A DNA stretch of 20,000 bases from an uncultured virus (IMG/VR IMGVR_UViG_3300030708_001952). Lineage: Duplodnaviria > Heunggongvirae > Uroviricota > Caudoviricetes. The stretch lies in IMG/VR virus record IMGVR_UViG_3300030708_001952, one strand, 5' to 3'. Of this stretch, positions 1-9,647 are shown piece by piece; within the stretch, counting starts at the first letter, position 1, and each line of letters starts with the position of its first letter. Under the pieces are notes generated by a model, which saw only the letters and a program-made list of their open reading frames with translations, had not been told where the DNA came from and ran no database searches. Made by a program: the position numbers and the translations under genes.

Positions 1-936
1 GCTGTTCCTGCTGAACTGCAGTGCCCTGCAATTACTAGTGTTGTAGAGTCTAACATTTACGATAGACTTGACGTTACATCTAGTGCATTTGTTGCTACAC
101 CTGCTGCGGCTCAGACACACGTACATAGTGACTGGGAGGTTGCAACTGATGCTGGGTTCACCAATAAAGTGATTGTTGCGTCTATTGACACTACAAATAG
201 AACTACATTCCCAATTCCGACAGATTCTATCCGTCCTTCTACACAATACTATGTGAGAGTACGGTATAATAACGGTGCAATTAACTCTGTATTTTCTGCA
301 GGGTATTCGTTTATGTCACCGTCCACTGCAACTGGTACGCTGCAGGACTTCACCCGAGTCCAGACAGATACCTTGGACGACCTGTCGGTGTCTACAACTA
401 AAATTATTAACTTGTCTGTCACCAATCCTAAGTTGGCAGACGGAGCAGTGACTACAGCCAAGATTGCCCCAGGTGCTGTGGACGCTGATACTGCACTGAC
501 TGACGATTCTGTCACCAGTGCTAAACTTAATAGCACAGGTGGTTCTGAAGCAGTTACCACTGATGTCATCAGAAACTTGAATGTGACCACTGCTAAGTTA
601 GCTGCTGGTTCTGCAACTTCTGAAAAGATTGATATCACTGGTGCTACTGATCCTGTATCCCCTGTCAATGGTCAAATTTTTTACAATACTAGCCAGAATA
701 CATTCAAAACGTATAATGGTGTTAACTGGAAAGAAAGTGGGGACGCTGGTGACTACTATATCATCAGAAAACCCCAACCAGGTACAACTAATTTGACTAT
801 TGTGTACGCTGGTAGACAGACAAATATCTCATATGATGAGTATTCGTCACCTTTGAACACACACCAGTTCTTCGCACCAAGCGGTCTGGAATTCAATATA
901 GATAGTAATGGGCATCTCGTCGTCACAGTAAGGTAA
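1..936 (+). CDS. Virion structural/tail fibre protein, 5'-truncated (FN3-like domain plus 'AVTTAKIA' repeats)
   Basis: Frame 1 is open from base 1 (AVPAELQCPAITSVVES...HSDWEVATDAGFTNKVIVAS...TQYYVRVRY), an FN3-like signature. It is followed by repeated VT(T/S)AK(I/L)A units typical of phage fibres. The TAA stop overlaps the next ATG. Confidence 0.8.
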   Translation, partial: AVPAELQCPAITSVVESNIYDRLDVTSSAFVATPAAAQTHVHSDWEVATDAGFTNKVIVASIDTTNRTTFPIPTDSIRPSTQYYVRVRYNNGAINSVFSAGYSFMSPSTATGTLQDFTRVQTDTLDDLSVSTTKIINLSVTNPKLADGAVTTAKIAPGAVDADTALTDDSVTSAKLNSTGGSEAVTTDVIRNLNVTTAKLAAGSATSEKIDITGATDPVSPVNGQIFYNTSQNTFKTYNGVNWKESGDAGDYYIIRKPQPGTTNLTIVYAGRQTNISYDEYSSPLNTHQFFAPSGLEFNIDSNGHLVVTVR

Positions 937-2195
937 TGTCACAATTTTTCATCGATGTAGGTAAGATTAAACTTACCTGGCAAGGAAACTGGTCAAACTC
1001 CACCGCATATGTGGTGGATGATCTAGTATGGTTTGACGACGGATCCACCGTCAGCACGTACATTTGCGTGGCTGATAACACAAATCAATCACCATCTGCC
1101 ACTGGTACAGTAAACACTACTTACTGGAATCTGTTTGCTGGTGGTGGTCTCGCTGGTGGTTTGCAACCTGGTGGTACAGGATCTAATCAGATTCAAATCA
1201 GATCAGGCTTAGCACTTGGTGGTGAAGCAGCATTTACATATGATCCTGCAACTGACGTTATGTCAGTTCCTGCTATCGCTGTAACTGGTGGCGCTGCAGG
1301 TTCACCCACACGTGACGTTGACATTACTGGTAGCATTCGCGCTACTGAAATCTATGAAGGATCGAACAGACTCACTTACAACATTGGTGGGGGACAAATT
1401 ACATCGGGCACGGTTAACAATGACCGTTTGCCTGCTAGTATTAACGTCACTGACCTTAGTGCCACTACCTCCCTTACTATTAAAACTAGTGGTCTTAAAT
1501 TTGATTCTAGTACTGACCGTGTTGGTATTGGTACTGCAGTGCCTGGAACTAGGCTTGATGTCCGATCCGTGGCGTTATCAACGGAAGACGATGTAGTTGC
1601 TAGATTCAGATCAGATCACACAAACAACCACGCTACTCTTATTGAGGTTCAACCCAATACATCACAGGCATCTAAGTCTGGTATTGTATTGCATAAGAAC
1701 TCCACTAGAGTTGATGGATGTAGAATTATCAATGACAATGGTACTATTACCATTGACAACCAAGATACTGCTGCTCCTAAGTTCAACGTTGACTTAGGTG
1801 GTACAAATAGATTGATGCTCACTGGTACACAAGTGATCGTCAACAATCCTCTGGTGGTAAATGGCTGCTTTGATGAGAACTATCTGACTCCTAACATTAC
1901 ATCTAATACATTGACACTGGATGCTACTCAAGCATCTGTGTTTGGTATTACATTGAACCAGATTGTTAATACATTGAACATCACTTTGCCTGCTAACTCG
2001 CGTGCGGTGTCTGTTACAATGATTATTACATCTAATGGTAGTTACAGTATTGCTTGGCCAGCAAATACTAGATGGGCTGGTGGTAACATTCCTACTCTAT
2101 CTCAGGTTGCTGGTAGAATTGATGTTATTACACTCACTACTACAAACCAGGGTGCTACTTGGTTAGGTTTCGTTGGAGGCACAGAGTTTCAATGA
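936..2195 (+). CDS. Tail fibre/adaptor protein A
   Basis: 419 aa, Gly/Thr/Ser/Asn-rich. Contains an N-terminal IDVGKIK-W-G-W...TAY-VDD-V...YWN module (CBM5/12-like aromatic pattern), an RVGIGT..P...LDV fibre motif, and a C-terminal domain shared with 2840..3757. Confidence 0.8.
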   Translation: MSQFFIDVGKIKLTWQGNWSNSTAYVVDDLVWFDDGSTVSTYICVADNTNQSPSATGTVNTTYWNLFAGGGLAGGLQPGGTGSNQIQIRSGLALGGEAAFTYDPATDVMSVPAIAVTGGAAGSPTRDVDITGSIRATEIYEGSNRLTYNIGGGQITSGTVNNDRLPASINVTDLSATTSLTIKTSGLKFDSSTDRVGIGTAVPGTRLDVRSVALSTEDDVVARFRSDHTNNHATLIEVQPNTSQASKSGIVLHKNSTRVDGCRIINDNGTITIDNQDTAAPKFNVDLGGTNRLMLTGTQVIVNNPLVVNGCFDENYLTPNITSNTLTLDATQASVFGITLNQIVNTLNITLPANSRAVSVTMIITSNGSYSIAWPANTRWAGGNIPTLSQVAGRIDVITLTTTNQGATWLGFVGGTEFQ

Positions 2196-2803
2196 GTCCT
2201 GTTGGTATTTCAAAAGCCGTCCTTACATCAGGTGGCGGCAGTCTTCTACAAGCAGAGTGGAATTACGAAGACAATGATGCTTTCCCGACATATAATACGG
2301 GAACTAGTGTAAACTTGGTTATTGCTACTGGTGTTGAGACATATCGTCTTACCAATAATTTGCTTGGTGGACTGTCACTATCTGTTAATGGTAGTAACGA
2401 GTTAGTGTTGTCTGGTACTCTTGCACAGTTTGGATATGCAGCTGTACAGGTGAATGAAGGTAATAGTTATACATTACGTGCATCAGACTATGGTGTCACT
2501 AGAGAGTTTGTTATCACTGTTAATGGTGAGGCTAGAACATTTACTCACAGACAGATTGGTAATACTCTTATCTCTAAGCAGTATGAATCGTATGGTACAC
2601 CTAACGCAACTTGGCAAGGTTTAGAGAGTCAGCAACTCGATGCAACCCAGAGTGTCTCTGCTAGTAATGGTGGATGTCATTCTGGTACACAACGATTGTC
2701 TAGTGGTGGTGTAACATCAGTTACCATCAACTCTAACAATGGTAACTATGGTGATCCTTGTGTGGGTACATACAAGCGTGTCTTCACCTATTATACTATC
2801 TGA
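2192..2803 (+). CDS. Putative receptor-binding tip protein with C-terminal SUEL/rhamnose-binding lectin-like domain
   Basis: ATG 2192 overlaps the upstream stop (ATGA), so it is preferred to the ORF-track start at 2159. The C-terminus ISKQYESYGTP...GCHS...SVTINSNNGNYGDPCVGTYKRVFTYY matches the Gal_Lectin/SUEL pattern. Confidence 0.7.
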   Translation: MSPVGISKAVLTSGGGSLLQAEWNYEDNDAFPTYNTGTSVNLVIATGVETYRLTNNLLGGLSLSVNGSNELVLSGTLAQFGYAAVQVNEGNSYTLRASDYGVTREFVITVNGEARTFTHRQIGNTLISKQYESYGTPNATWQGLESQQLDATQSVSASNGGCHSGTQRLSSGGVTSVTINSNNGNYGDPCVGTYKRVFTYYTI

Positions 2804-2809
2804 TAAATA
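2802..2809 (+). promoter_or_regulatory. T4-like late promoter (GATAAATA)
   Basis: NATAAATA lies 30 nt upstream of the ATG at 2840 of a structural gene. Confidence 0.7.
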
Positions 2810-2839
2810 AACAAAGGAACAAGAACCCAATAAAGATCG

Positions 2840-3757
2840 ATGGCTCTAACTATTGATGTTGGCAAGATTAAAATTAAGTGGCGTGGTACATACGACCCCG
2901 CAACAGCATATGAAATTGATGATGCTGTAAGTTTTTATGACGGTGCCACGACCTCTGCATACATCTGTATCGCTAACAGTACAGGTAATGCTCCGTCTAA
3001 TAACAATGTCCTTCACGCTAGTTGGAACTACTTAGCACGTGGTACTGAATCTGCCTCTGGTGGTAGTGCCGATGGGCAAATTCAATATAAATCTGGTACA
3101 GGATTCGCAGGTGAGACAGGCTTTAGTTACGACGCTGGGACTGATACGCTTACTGCCCCCAACGCTACTATTACTGGCGACCTTACTGTACAGGGGACTA
3201 CGACTACAGTCGCAACAACAAACACCAGCATCAACGATAACACCATCGTCCTCAACGCTGGTGAAAGTGGTGCTGGTGTGCAGCACGCTGATGGCACTGC
3301 TGGTATTGAGATCGAGCGCGGTACTGAACTGAACACTAAACTGTTATGGAATGAGACTTCTGATTACTTCCAATTCCTGACAGGATCATCACCTGCAAGA
3401 CTTCACGTTCCTACGTATTCTGAAAATGTTAGAGCAGAGTCAATATCAACTGGTCTTGTTACTATTGATCTTACACAATCGGCAATTTTTACAGTCTCTC
3501 TGACTGAGAATGTTACTGGTTTCACTGTTTCTGGTGAGCAGGCAGGTGCATCCACCTCATTCATTCTTGTTCTGACGCAAGACTCAACAGGTGGTAGAAC
3601 TGTTGACCTAAGTAACTTTGTGGGTCGTACAGTTAAGTGGGCTGGTAGTGTGGTCCCCACAGTTTCTACTAACCCGAATGCAACAGATATTTTCCTGTTC
3701 ACTACATTTAACGGCGGTACAATCTACTACGGGTTCACATCTGGTCAGGAGTTCTGA
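2840..3757 (+). CDS. Tail fibre/adaptor protein B (paralogue of 936..2195)
   Basis: 305 aa. Shares the N-terminal IDVGKIK..W.G module and the C-terminal ...WAG..PT.S.....D....TT...G....GF..G.EF domain with protein A. The middle contains a TGDLTVQGTTTTV...I.DN.I.LN...AGIEIERG fibre motif. Confidence 0.8.
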   Translation: MALTIDVGKIKIKWRGTYDPATAYEIDDAVSFYDGATTSAYICIANSTGNAPSNNNVLHASWNYLARGTESASGGSADGQIQYKSGTGFAGETGFSYDAGTDTLTAPNATITGDLTVQGTTTTVATTNTSINDNTIVLNAGESGAGVQHADGTAGIEIERGTELNTKLLWNETSDYFQFLTGSSPARLHVPTYSENVRAESISTGLVTIDLTQSAIFTVSLTENVTGFTVSGEQAGASTSFILVLTQDSTGGRTVDLSNFVGRTVKWAGSVVPTVSTNPNATDIFLFTTFNGGTIYYGFTSGQEF

Positions 3758-3760
3758 TAA

Positions 3761-6700
3761 ATGCCATTATTTGCAGCGAAAGGTATGTCCGCCACTGGTG
3801 GTGGCGGTGCCTTCTACACTCTCCTAGAGAGTAAACAAGACACGGCGGATAACTCTAGTTACCGTCAACCATCAGGTATGTTTGACGTTGCCACGTCATC
3901 ATCTGGTGAAGTCTACACATTGAATGGTGAGCGTAATGTTCTCACTGGATTATATAACGTTGTAGTTGCGAAGATCGGTGCCATTGGTGCTGTGTCTTGG
4001 CAGTACACTCTTTCTGCTGCAAGTAATATCTACCCACAAGCACTGGCTTGTGACACTAGAGACAACAGCATTATTATTTGTTGTATGAAGACTACCACCC
4101 TTAGTGGTGTTGGTAACTATAGTAATAAAAAGACTGAGGATGGTAACGCTGGTTATGCAGATAACACCAATGATGCTCAGTATCACGTAATTAAGTTTAG
4201 TTCTTCTGGTACCAGACTTTGGGAGAATACCTGGAGTTCTGCCAACCCTACGAACTATCCTGTTGCTATTTGTAAGCGTACACCAAGTGGTTCATTCCAG
4301 TACGCTAATACATTTGAGAATAGAAACGAAGGAACAAGTGAAGTATATTGGAGCAAGCAAGGTGCACCTGACCTGAAGCTTATGAAGGTGCGCTCTGATA
4401 GAGGTAAAGACTTTAATGGTTTCCAGTCTCCATATATGGAGTCTGTGCACGAGACTAGTGGTGGTCAAGGTCGTTCGACACTTCAGTCAGATACATTTAG
4501 AGTACTGGGTCAAGATTTTACTGGTGAGCAAGAAGTTCACCAAGCATTTGCATTGGATGGTCCACTCTTTGGTGGACGTCCTCAGTCTACATCTAACCTT
4601 GTCATTGATCAGTCTAATGACTACTGGTATATGATGGTGGCTGCTAATGCTACGACTGATGATCTGTCTAGATCTCGTAGCACATTCCAAGTCCTGCGTG
4701 GTACTGTCAACGGCACATCTGTCAACGCTAAGGAGATGGTATATCCTGGTGGTTGGGATCAGAATGCTAGGATTGCATTAGACAGTAGTAATAACCTGCT
4801 GATTCCCTGGACTGGTACTAATAAAGAGAGACTGTATAGAGCACAGACACTTAACGACTACTCACAACTGTGTGACGTTGGTGATACTGCACATCACGTT
4901 GATATTTCTAACACTGCTGCTAACATCAGATTAGATTGGGATAATGATGAGTTTGATCTCACATATTATTCTTTGAATGGTAATGCACCGTGTAAAGTTT
5001 GTAAGGTTGAAGCAGATGCTGATGGTGGTACAACGTATGAATATGTCACCACTGCTGGTCTCACACCTGCACCTAACATTGGCTTAGGTATGCAGACTGC
5101 ATCGAGAGTTAACTCTCGCATTGCTGATGGTGCTAACAGATCTTATATGTTGGGTAGATACACCAATTTGGTGCAACTACACAAGCGTAACAAGGCAACT
5201 AATGCTCTTGATTGGATCAAGACATTCTTTGCTATTCCACGTGGTCCTACTAGAGATGCTAACGCCACTCAAAACAGTGGATCTAATACTGATTGGAAGG
5301 GTGGATTAGGTACACCTGACATCTCTGTTGCTGATAGTAAAGTGCACCCCAGTGGTGTTTACTATCTTGGTAACGTTGTGATGCCACAAGAGGGTATTGA
5401 GCACACTTCTACTCCTTTTACCAGTAAACTGTCCTACTTTGGATTTGTTGCCAAGGTATCACACGATGGTGAAGTAGAATATATCCGTGAGATTAGAGGT
5501 TTAGATACTCTTGATCAGGCTGGATCTCCTAGCACTAAACCACCTCATCATTGGGCAGCCCGTGAAGATGGTGGTGTGTTGTTGGATAGTATCAACTTCG
5601 ATGCATTTAACAATATGATTGTTACTGGTCGTAGTATTGATGCACAACAGGTTGGTAACGTTGGTACCTGGGTTAATAACGTTATCTTCAAACTGCCTCA
5701 CAATGGTGACTTGATTGGTCCTATTGAGATCAATGATGATTATAACCAGCAAGTCCAACGCTTCACATACACTCCTGCTGTGTGTGTTAGATGTTGGGAA
5801 GATGTGAAGTATGATACACAGGTTGCCTATGGATCTGGTATGGAGACATTCAAACTGCTCCGTACTTGTGCTCTGTGGAATACAACTAACCAAGCACCTA
5901 CATCACCCACATCACTGGGTTCTGTGACCACACAGGCTAACTACGAAGCATTCCTTGGTAGTAATCCATCACGACTGGTGCAGATTGACACTGGTACATA
6001 CACCTCTCGTATGTTGTGGCAGACACCTGCAACTAACCTGCAGTTAGATACTACACAGAATAGACAGTTTGATCGTGCTAAGCGTAGAAGTTCTTCCTCT
6101 GTGTTCTTGCAAGTATATGAAGAGACTGCTGAGGCTTCAAGAATTGAAGCAGTGAGATCCTGCCCTGCATATTTGTATGTTGATCAGGCTGTCAACACTG
6201 ACAATGCACGTTCTGACTATGATGTTTCTAACTACACGAAACCACACGCTGAAGGTGACATCCAAGATACACAAGAGATTAAGAAGCAGGAAGCACCTAA
6301 TGGTATGATCACAGTGTCCCAGTACTGGGATGGTGATACTGGACTGCGCAAACAGTTACTGACACGTCACAGTCCTACTGGTGGTGTTGAGGCACGTCTC
6401 TACGATATGGGAGTCAACACCTATCCGAAGGATGTATGTATCGATGAGATCGGTAACATCTACACTGTGGGTTGGGCTGCTAGTACTCTTGGTGGCAACA
6501 CATATGGTGTAGGATATATCACTGCATATGATAAGAACCTGGTGTTCTTGTGGGATGCACAGTATGTCAACACTGACTCTAGTTCACTTGGTGATGCTCC
6601 TGAGAACTATCAGATTCACTGTTGTGCTGTCACGATGACATCAGCAAACACTGCTAAGTTGTTCATTGGCGGTCATCATACAACTGTTAGTAGCAATACA

Positions 6701-7963
6701 CCATCACAACTAGCATCCATCAATGTGATTCCGATGGACATCACAAATGGTCTGCCTGCATACACTGGTATGAGTGTCAGTGGTGCTAACTTTAGTATGG
6801 GTGGTGGTCATCCAAACCAACAAATTGATGGTATCTTTGGTCTGGATGTATTCCAGGCTGATGGTGGTGATGGAAACAACTGCTATGTTGGATACGCTGG
6901 TAAAACATATGACACCACTGGTACTACCACTCGTGGTATGTACGGCATCATCAGATACAATGGCAACTCACCTTTGACTGGTTCTGGTGATAAGTGGGGA
7001 TATGTGACTGGTGATGACCTTGAACTGTCATCGTTTGCATTCTGTAAGGGTCTTGACGCTTATCATAGTGCTAGAAATAGTCACAATGCATTTAAGTATG
7101 CTGTGGGTGGTAGTGATACTGCTGCTGGTACTACAAATGGTGTCGTTATTGTTGCAACCAGCCTTCGCACCACTGGTGGATCGATCTCTAATCAGAATGA
7201 TCAACCATATAGTTTCACATCATTGAAGATCAACAACTCTAACGGTGCTGACATCGTGAGAGATCTACGTTGGGGTTATGTTGAGCAACCTGGTCTTGCT
7301 ATCCGTGGTAGTACAGACAATAGAGCTGGTGATGCAGGTGGTAATGAAGCTGAGGATCAAGCACTAGACTTCATTCCTCTGTCACTCGCTGAAGATAGAC
7401 TATTTGTTGCCTGTTCTATCACCAACCAGTTCTCTCAGATTGACTCATATATGATTGAGATCACATCTGCTAGTAACTCATATCAGTCTGGCATTACTGG
7501 TAACAGAATTGCTGATGGTATTAACATCACTCGTGTTGGTAAGGTGTCTACCTCTGGTATCACTGATCCTGCTGGTATTGTGGCTCTTGGACCTGCATAT
7601 GGTACGGTGATGATGAGTTGCAATGCTGCTCAGTCTGGTACACCTAATGATCGTCAACTGTTGACTGTCAAAGTACCATTTGATATGTCTAAGAAGCGTA
7701 GTCTGTACCATAATGTTGGTTCGTTGTCAATCAACTGGTCACAACCTGACTTCTCGTTTGCTGTTAATGGTATCTCCTCTTATCCTGGAGCCCTGGGTGC
7801 ATATGCTACCGCAGCTAACAACGATGGCACACGCTTCTACCACGGCACCACATCATTTATTGGTGGATGGGCTGCTGGTGGTGGCACAAACGTAACTGAT
7901 GTTAGTACTGCTGGTACCTTCACAGTTCTTACACAAGACTTGCAGCAATTCAAGCAGTCGTGA
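3761..7963 (+). CDS. Large virion protein with beta-propeller-like repeats (probable receptor-binding/tip protein)
   Basis: 1400 aa. Blade-like motifs include VAKIGAIGAVSWQY, VIKFSSSGTRLWEN, FVAKVSHDGEVEYI, CIDEIGNIYTVG and ITAYDKNLVFLWD. N-terminus is MP...K....GGGG. Confidence 0.75.
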   Translation: MPLFAAKGMSATGGGGAFYTLLESKQDTADNSSYRQPSGMFDVATSSSGEVYTLNGERNVLTGLYNVVVAKIGAIGAVSWQYTLSAASNIYPQALACDTRDNSIIICCMKTTTLSGVGNYSNKKTEDGNAGYADNTNDAQYHVIKFSSSGTRLWENTWSSANPTNYPVAICKRTPSGSFQYANTFENRNEGTSEVYWSKQGAPDLKLMKVRSDRGKDFNGFQSPYMESVHETSGGQGRSTLQSDTFRVLGQDFTGEQEVHQAFALDGPLFGGRPQSTSNLVIDQSNDYWYMMVAANATTDDLSRSRSTFQVLRGTVNGTSVNAKEMVYPGGWDQNARIALDSSNNLLIPWTGTNKERLYRAQTLNDYSQLCDVGDTAHHVDISNTAANIRLDWDNDEFDLTYYSLNGNAPCKVCKVEADADGGTTYEYVTTAGLTPAPNIGLGMQTASRVNSRIADGANRSYMLGRYTNLVQLHKRNKATNALDWIKTFFAIPRGPTRDANATQNSGSNTDWKGGLGTPDISVADSKVHPSGVYYLGNVVMPQEGIEHTSTPFTSKLSYFGFVAKVSHDGEVEYIREIRGLDTLDQAGSPSTKPPHHWAAREDGGVLLDSINFDAFNNMIVTGRSIDAQQVGNVGTWVNNVIFKLPHNGDLIGPIEINDDYNQQVQRFTYTPAVCVRCWEDVKYDTQVAYGSGMETFKLLRTCALWNTTNQAPTSPTSLGSVTTQANYEAFLGSNPSRLVQIDTGTYTSRMLWQTPATNLQLDTTQNRQFDRAKRRSSSSVFLQVYEETAEASRIEAVRSCPAYLYVDQAVNTDNARSDYDVSNYTKPHAEGDIQDTQEIKKQEAPNGMITVSQYWDGDTGLRKQLLTRHSPTGGVEARLYDMGVNTYPKDVCIDEIGNIYTVGWAASTLGGNTYGVGYITAYDKNLVFLWDAQYVNTDSSSLGDAPENYQIHCCAVTMTSANTAKLFIGGHHTTVSSNTPSQLASINVIPMDITNGLPAYTGMSVSGANFSMGGGHPNQQIDGIFGLDVFQADGGDGNNCYVGYAGKTYDTTGTTTRGMYGIIRYNGNSPLTGSGDKWGYVTGDDLELSSFAFCKGLDAYHSARNSHNAFKYAVGGSDTAAGTTNGVVIVATSLRTTGGSISNQNDQPYSFTSLKINNSNGADIVRDLRWGYVEQPGLAIRGSTDNRAGDAGGNEAEDQALDFIPLSLAEDRLFVACSITNQFSQIDSYMIEITSASNSYQSGITGNRIADGINITRVGKVSTSGITDPAGIVALGPAYGTVMMSCNAAQSGTPNDRQLLTVKVPFDMSKKRSLYHNVGSLSINWSQPDFSFAVNGISSYPGALGAYATAANNDGTRFYHGTTSFIGGWAAGGGTNVTDVSTAGTFTVLTQDLQQFKQS

Positions 7964-7969
7964 TATAAT
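7961..7969 (+). promoter_or_regulatory. Sigma70-like extended -10 promoter (TGA-TATAAT)
   Basis: TGnTATAAT lies 24 nt upstream of ATG 7994, with a possible -35 TTGCAG at 7940-7945. Confidence 0.55.
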
Positions 7970-7993
7970 CCGTGAGCGGTTAATAAAGGCACA

Positions 7994-8242
7994 ATGGGCG
8001 CTCACTCAATTCCACAATCAACAACCGTTGACGTTACGGTATATCGTGACGTTACACTCACTCTCGAAGAAAGAGGATATTTGAAGGAAATGTTGCACAC
8101 ATATAAACGTATGTTTGCAGAACAAATGACTTCTCTTAAATTCTCAAATACTACAGATATGCAAAAACGTGAATTTTTCAGAAAACACCAATTAAGTATT
8201 GGCGATAATCTCCTGAAAAAAATTGTCGAGAGTGACAGCTAG
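7994..8242 (+). CDS. Hypothetical protein
   Basis: 82-aa ORF with AAAGG upstream and a promoter just before it. Confidence 0.7.
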   Translation: MGAHSIPQSTTVDVTVYRDVTLTLEERGYLKEMLHTYKRMFAEQMTSLKFSNTTDMQKREFFRKHQLSIGDNLLKKIVESDS

Positions 8243-8289
8243 GAAACTGGCATACGACCCCCTTCACAGGGGGTTTTCTCATCTATAAT
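8232..8289 (+). promoter_or_regulatory. Early-type promoter element 1 (palindrome, hairpin, -10)
   Basis: GTGACAGCT-AGGA-AACTGGCAT (8232-8253), a 30-nt spacer, then TATAAT at 8284-8289. Confidence 0.8.
8257..8277 (+). terminator. Intrinsic terminator-like hairpin inside promoter element 1
   Basis: ACCCCCT-TCAC-AGGGGGT followed by TTT. Confidence 0.6.
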
Positions 8290-8309
8290 ATGAGCATTGA
8301 CAAATTCCA

Positions 8310-8564
8310 ATGCAAGGTACACTTCCATCTCGTCTGACACTGAGTGTCAAAGATGCTGCTGCTCTTGAGCCATTCTACCGTGCACAACGTCCGCACGATG
8401 ATGTGCTGAGTTGGCGTGAAATGCGTGCTCGTGGTGCACAACCCAAGCCCAAAGAAGATCCTTCACTTAAGTTTATTTGCGATGCATTTAATACTACCTA
8501 CAACGAAGATCTAAACTATGATAAAGTTAAACAAGATCCCGATCTTTCCGATAATGGTGTATGA
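8310..8564 (+). CDS. Hypothetical early protein
   Basis: 84-aa ORF directly after element 1. Confidence 0.75.
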   Translation: MQGTLPSRLTLSVKDAAALEPFYRAQRPHDDVLSWREMRARGAQPKPKEDPSLKFICDAFNTTYNEDLNYDKVKQDPDLSDNGV

Positions 8565-9135
8565 AATTGATGTACCCCAAGAGATATACTTACCTCTCTT
8601 GCAGTGGGCACCATCATTAGATTACCATTGGGGTGATACTAATGCACGTAAATTTACTGACGTGTTTGGTCAACCTGAAGCAGAGCCAGTGTGTAACTGG
8701 ATCAATGAAACTATTGTAGAGATCTATAATGATTTGTTCACCAATCCATTTGCTTACCAGATGGAAGTATGTGCGATGTGGATGAACAAAGCAGAGCGCG
8801 GTGATTATACACACGAACACATACATCCCTGGTCCGTTATCAGTGGCATCATCTATCTCGCTGGTAGTGGTGGTAGAACTGTGTTCAGTAGGAAAAATCC
8901 ATACGATAATATAATGGGTATGCCTATCTCTGACAGGTTTATGAACAGAGAAGCATACACACCAACGCCAGGTAAGATGATCTTATTTCCATCTAACCTA
9001 GAGCATAGTGTGGAGATCAATGATGAGGATACCACACGATACACTCTATCATTCAACACGTTCCCTGGTGTGGTGAACAAGGACCCCACGGTCCACTTGG
9101 ATAAGTGTCCATACCAACCCAAACCACGCCCATAG
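8518..9135 (+). CDS. 2OG-Fe(II) oxygenase (TIGR02466/2OG-FeII_Oxy_5-like)
   Basis: Motifs W.N....G.Y...H.HP.S.ISG..YL and P.PG..ILFPS.L.HSV......R...SFN. Confidence 0.85.
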   Translation: MIKLNKIPIFPIMVYEIDVPQEIYLPLLQWAPSLDYHWGDTNARKFTDVFGQPEAEPVCNWINETIVEIYNDLFTNPFAYQMEVCAMWMNKAERGDYTHEHIHPWSVISGIIYLAGSGGRTVFSRKNPYDNIMGMPISDRFMNREAYTPTPGKMILFPSNLEHSVEINDEDTTRYTLSFNTFPGVVNKDPTVHLDKCPYQPKPRP

Positions 9136-9146
9136 GGCTGTATAAT
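9090..9146 (+). promoter_or_regulatory. Early-type promoter element 2
   Basis: GGTCCACTT-GGAT-AAGTGTCCAT (9090-9112), then TATAAT at 9141-9146. Confidence 0.75.
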
Positions 9147-9169
9147 ACTAAGGTAATCAAGGGACAGCA

Positions 9170-9616
9170 ATGACCGCCACTCAATCCTTCGCTGACTTCT
9201 GCGCCACCGCTGATGCACGCAACACCATTGAACTGAACGTCCGCAAGTGGTGCCTGATGCTCTGTGAGGCACTCCAAGACGATTTCCTTGAAGAGTCTAT
9301 CCGTCGTCAGAAGTTCTTCGCTGCATCTGATGACAATCCTGAGTATCACAACGCTCGCATTCAGGAACTTAAGGAAGGTAAGAACCTCTATGAGTTTTCT
9401 ATCGAGACTGGTCGCAAGTACCACAAGATTGTGATGGAAACTGAAACACAGTCCAAGAGTGTGCACTGCTTCGTTGACAAGAAGACTGGTGAAGTGTACA
9501 AAGCCGCATCATACAAAGCACCTGCCAAAGGTGTTCGCTTTGACCTCCGTCTCATCTCTGATCGTGAGTTTGTTCTCAAGAATTGTGACTGGGCAGGTGG
9601 TTACCTGTACAAGTGA
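9170..9616 (+). CDS. Conserved cyanophage early protein of unknown function
   Basis: 148 aa with the motif GRKYHKI...SVHCFVDKKTGEVYKAASYKAPAKGVR, which I recognise as a widespread phage family. Confidence 0.85.
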   Translation: MTATQSFADFCATADARNTIELNVRKWCLMLCEALQDDFLEESIRRQKFFAASDDNPEYHNARIQELKEGKNLYEFSIETGRKYHKIVMETETQSKSVHCFVDKKTGEVYKAASYKAPAKGVRFDLRLISDREFVLKNCDWAGGYLYK

Positions 9617-9618
9617 TC

Positions 9619-9627
9619 TGCTATACT
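9619..9627 (+). promoter_or_regulatory. Extended -10 promoter (TGC-TATACT)
   Basis: TGATCTGCTATACT lies about 20 nt before ATG 9648 and resembles TGATCTGCTACAAT at 17096-17109. Confidence 0.5.
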
Positions 9628-9647
9628 AACACCATTGTTGCCATCCT

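Noticed and set aside
249..7895. Numerous short alternative-frame and antisense ORFs in the structural block
   Set aside because: They are by-products of biased GGT/ACT/GCT codon usage in long real genes.
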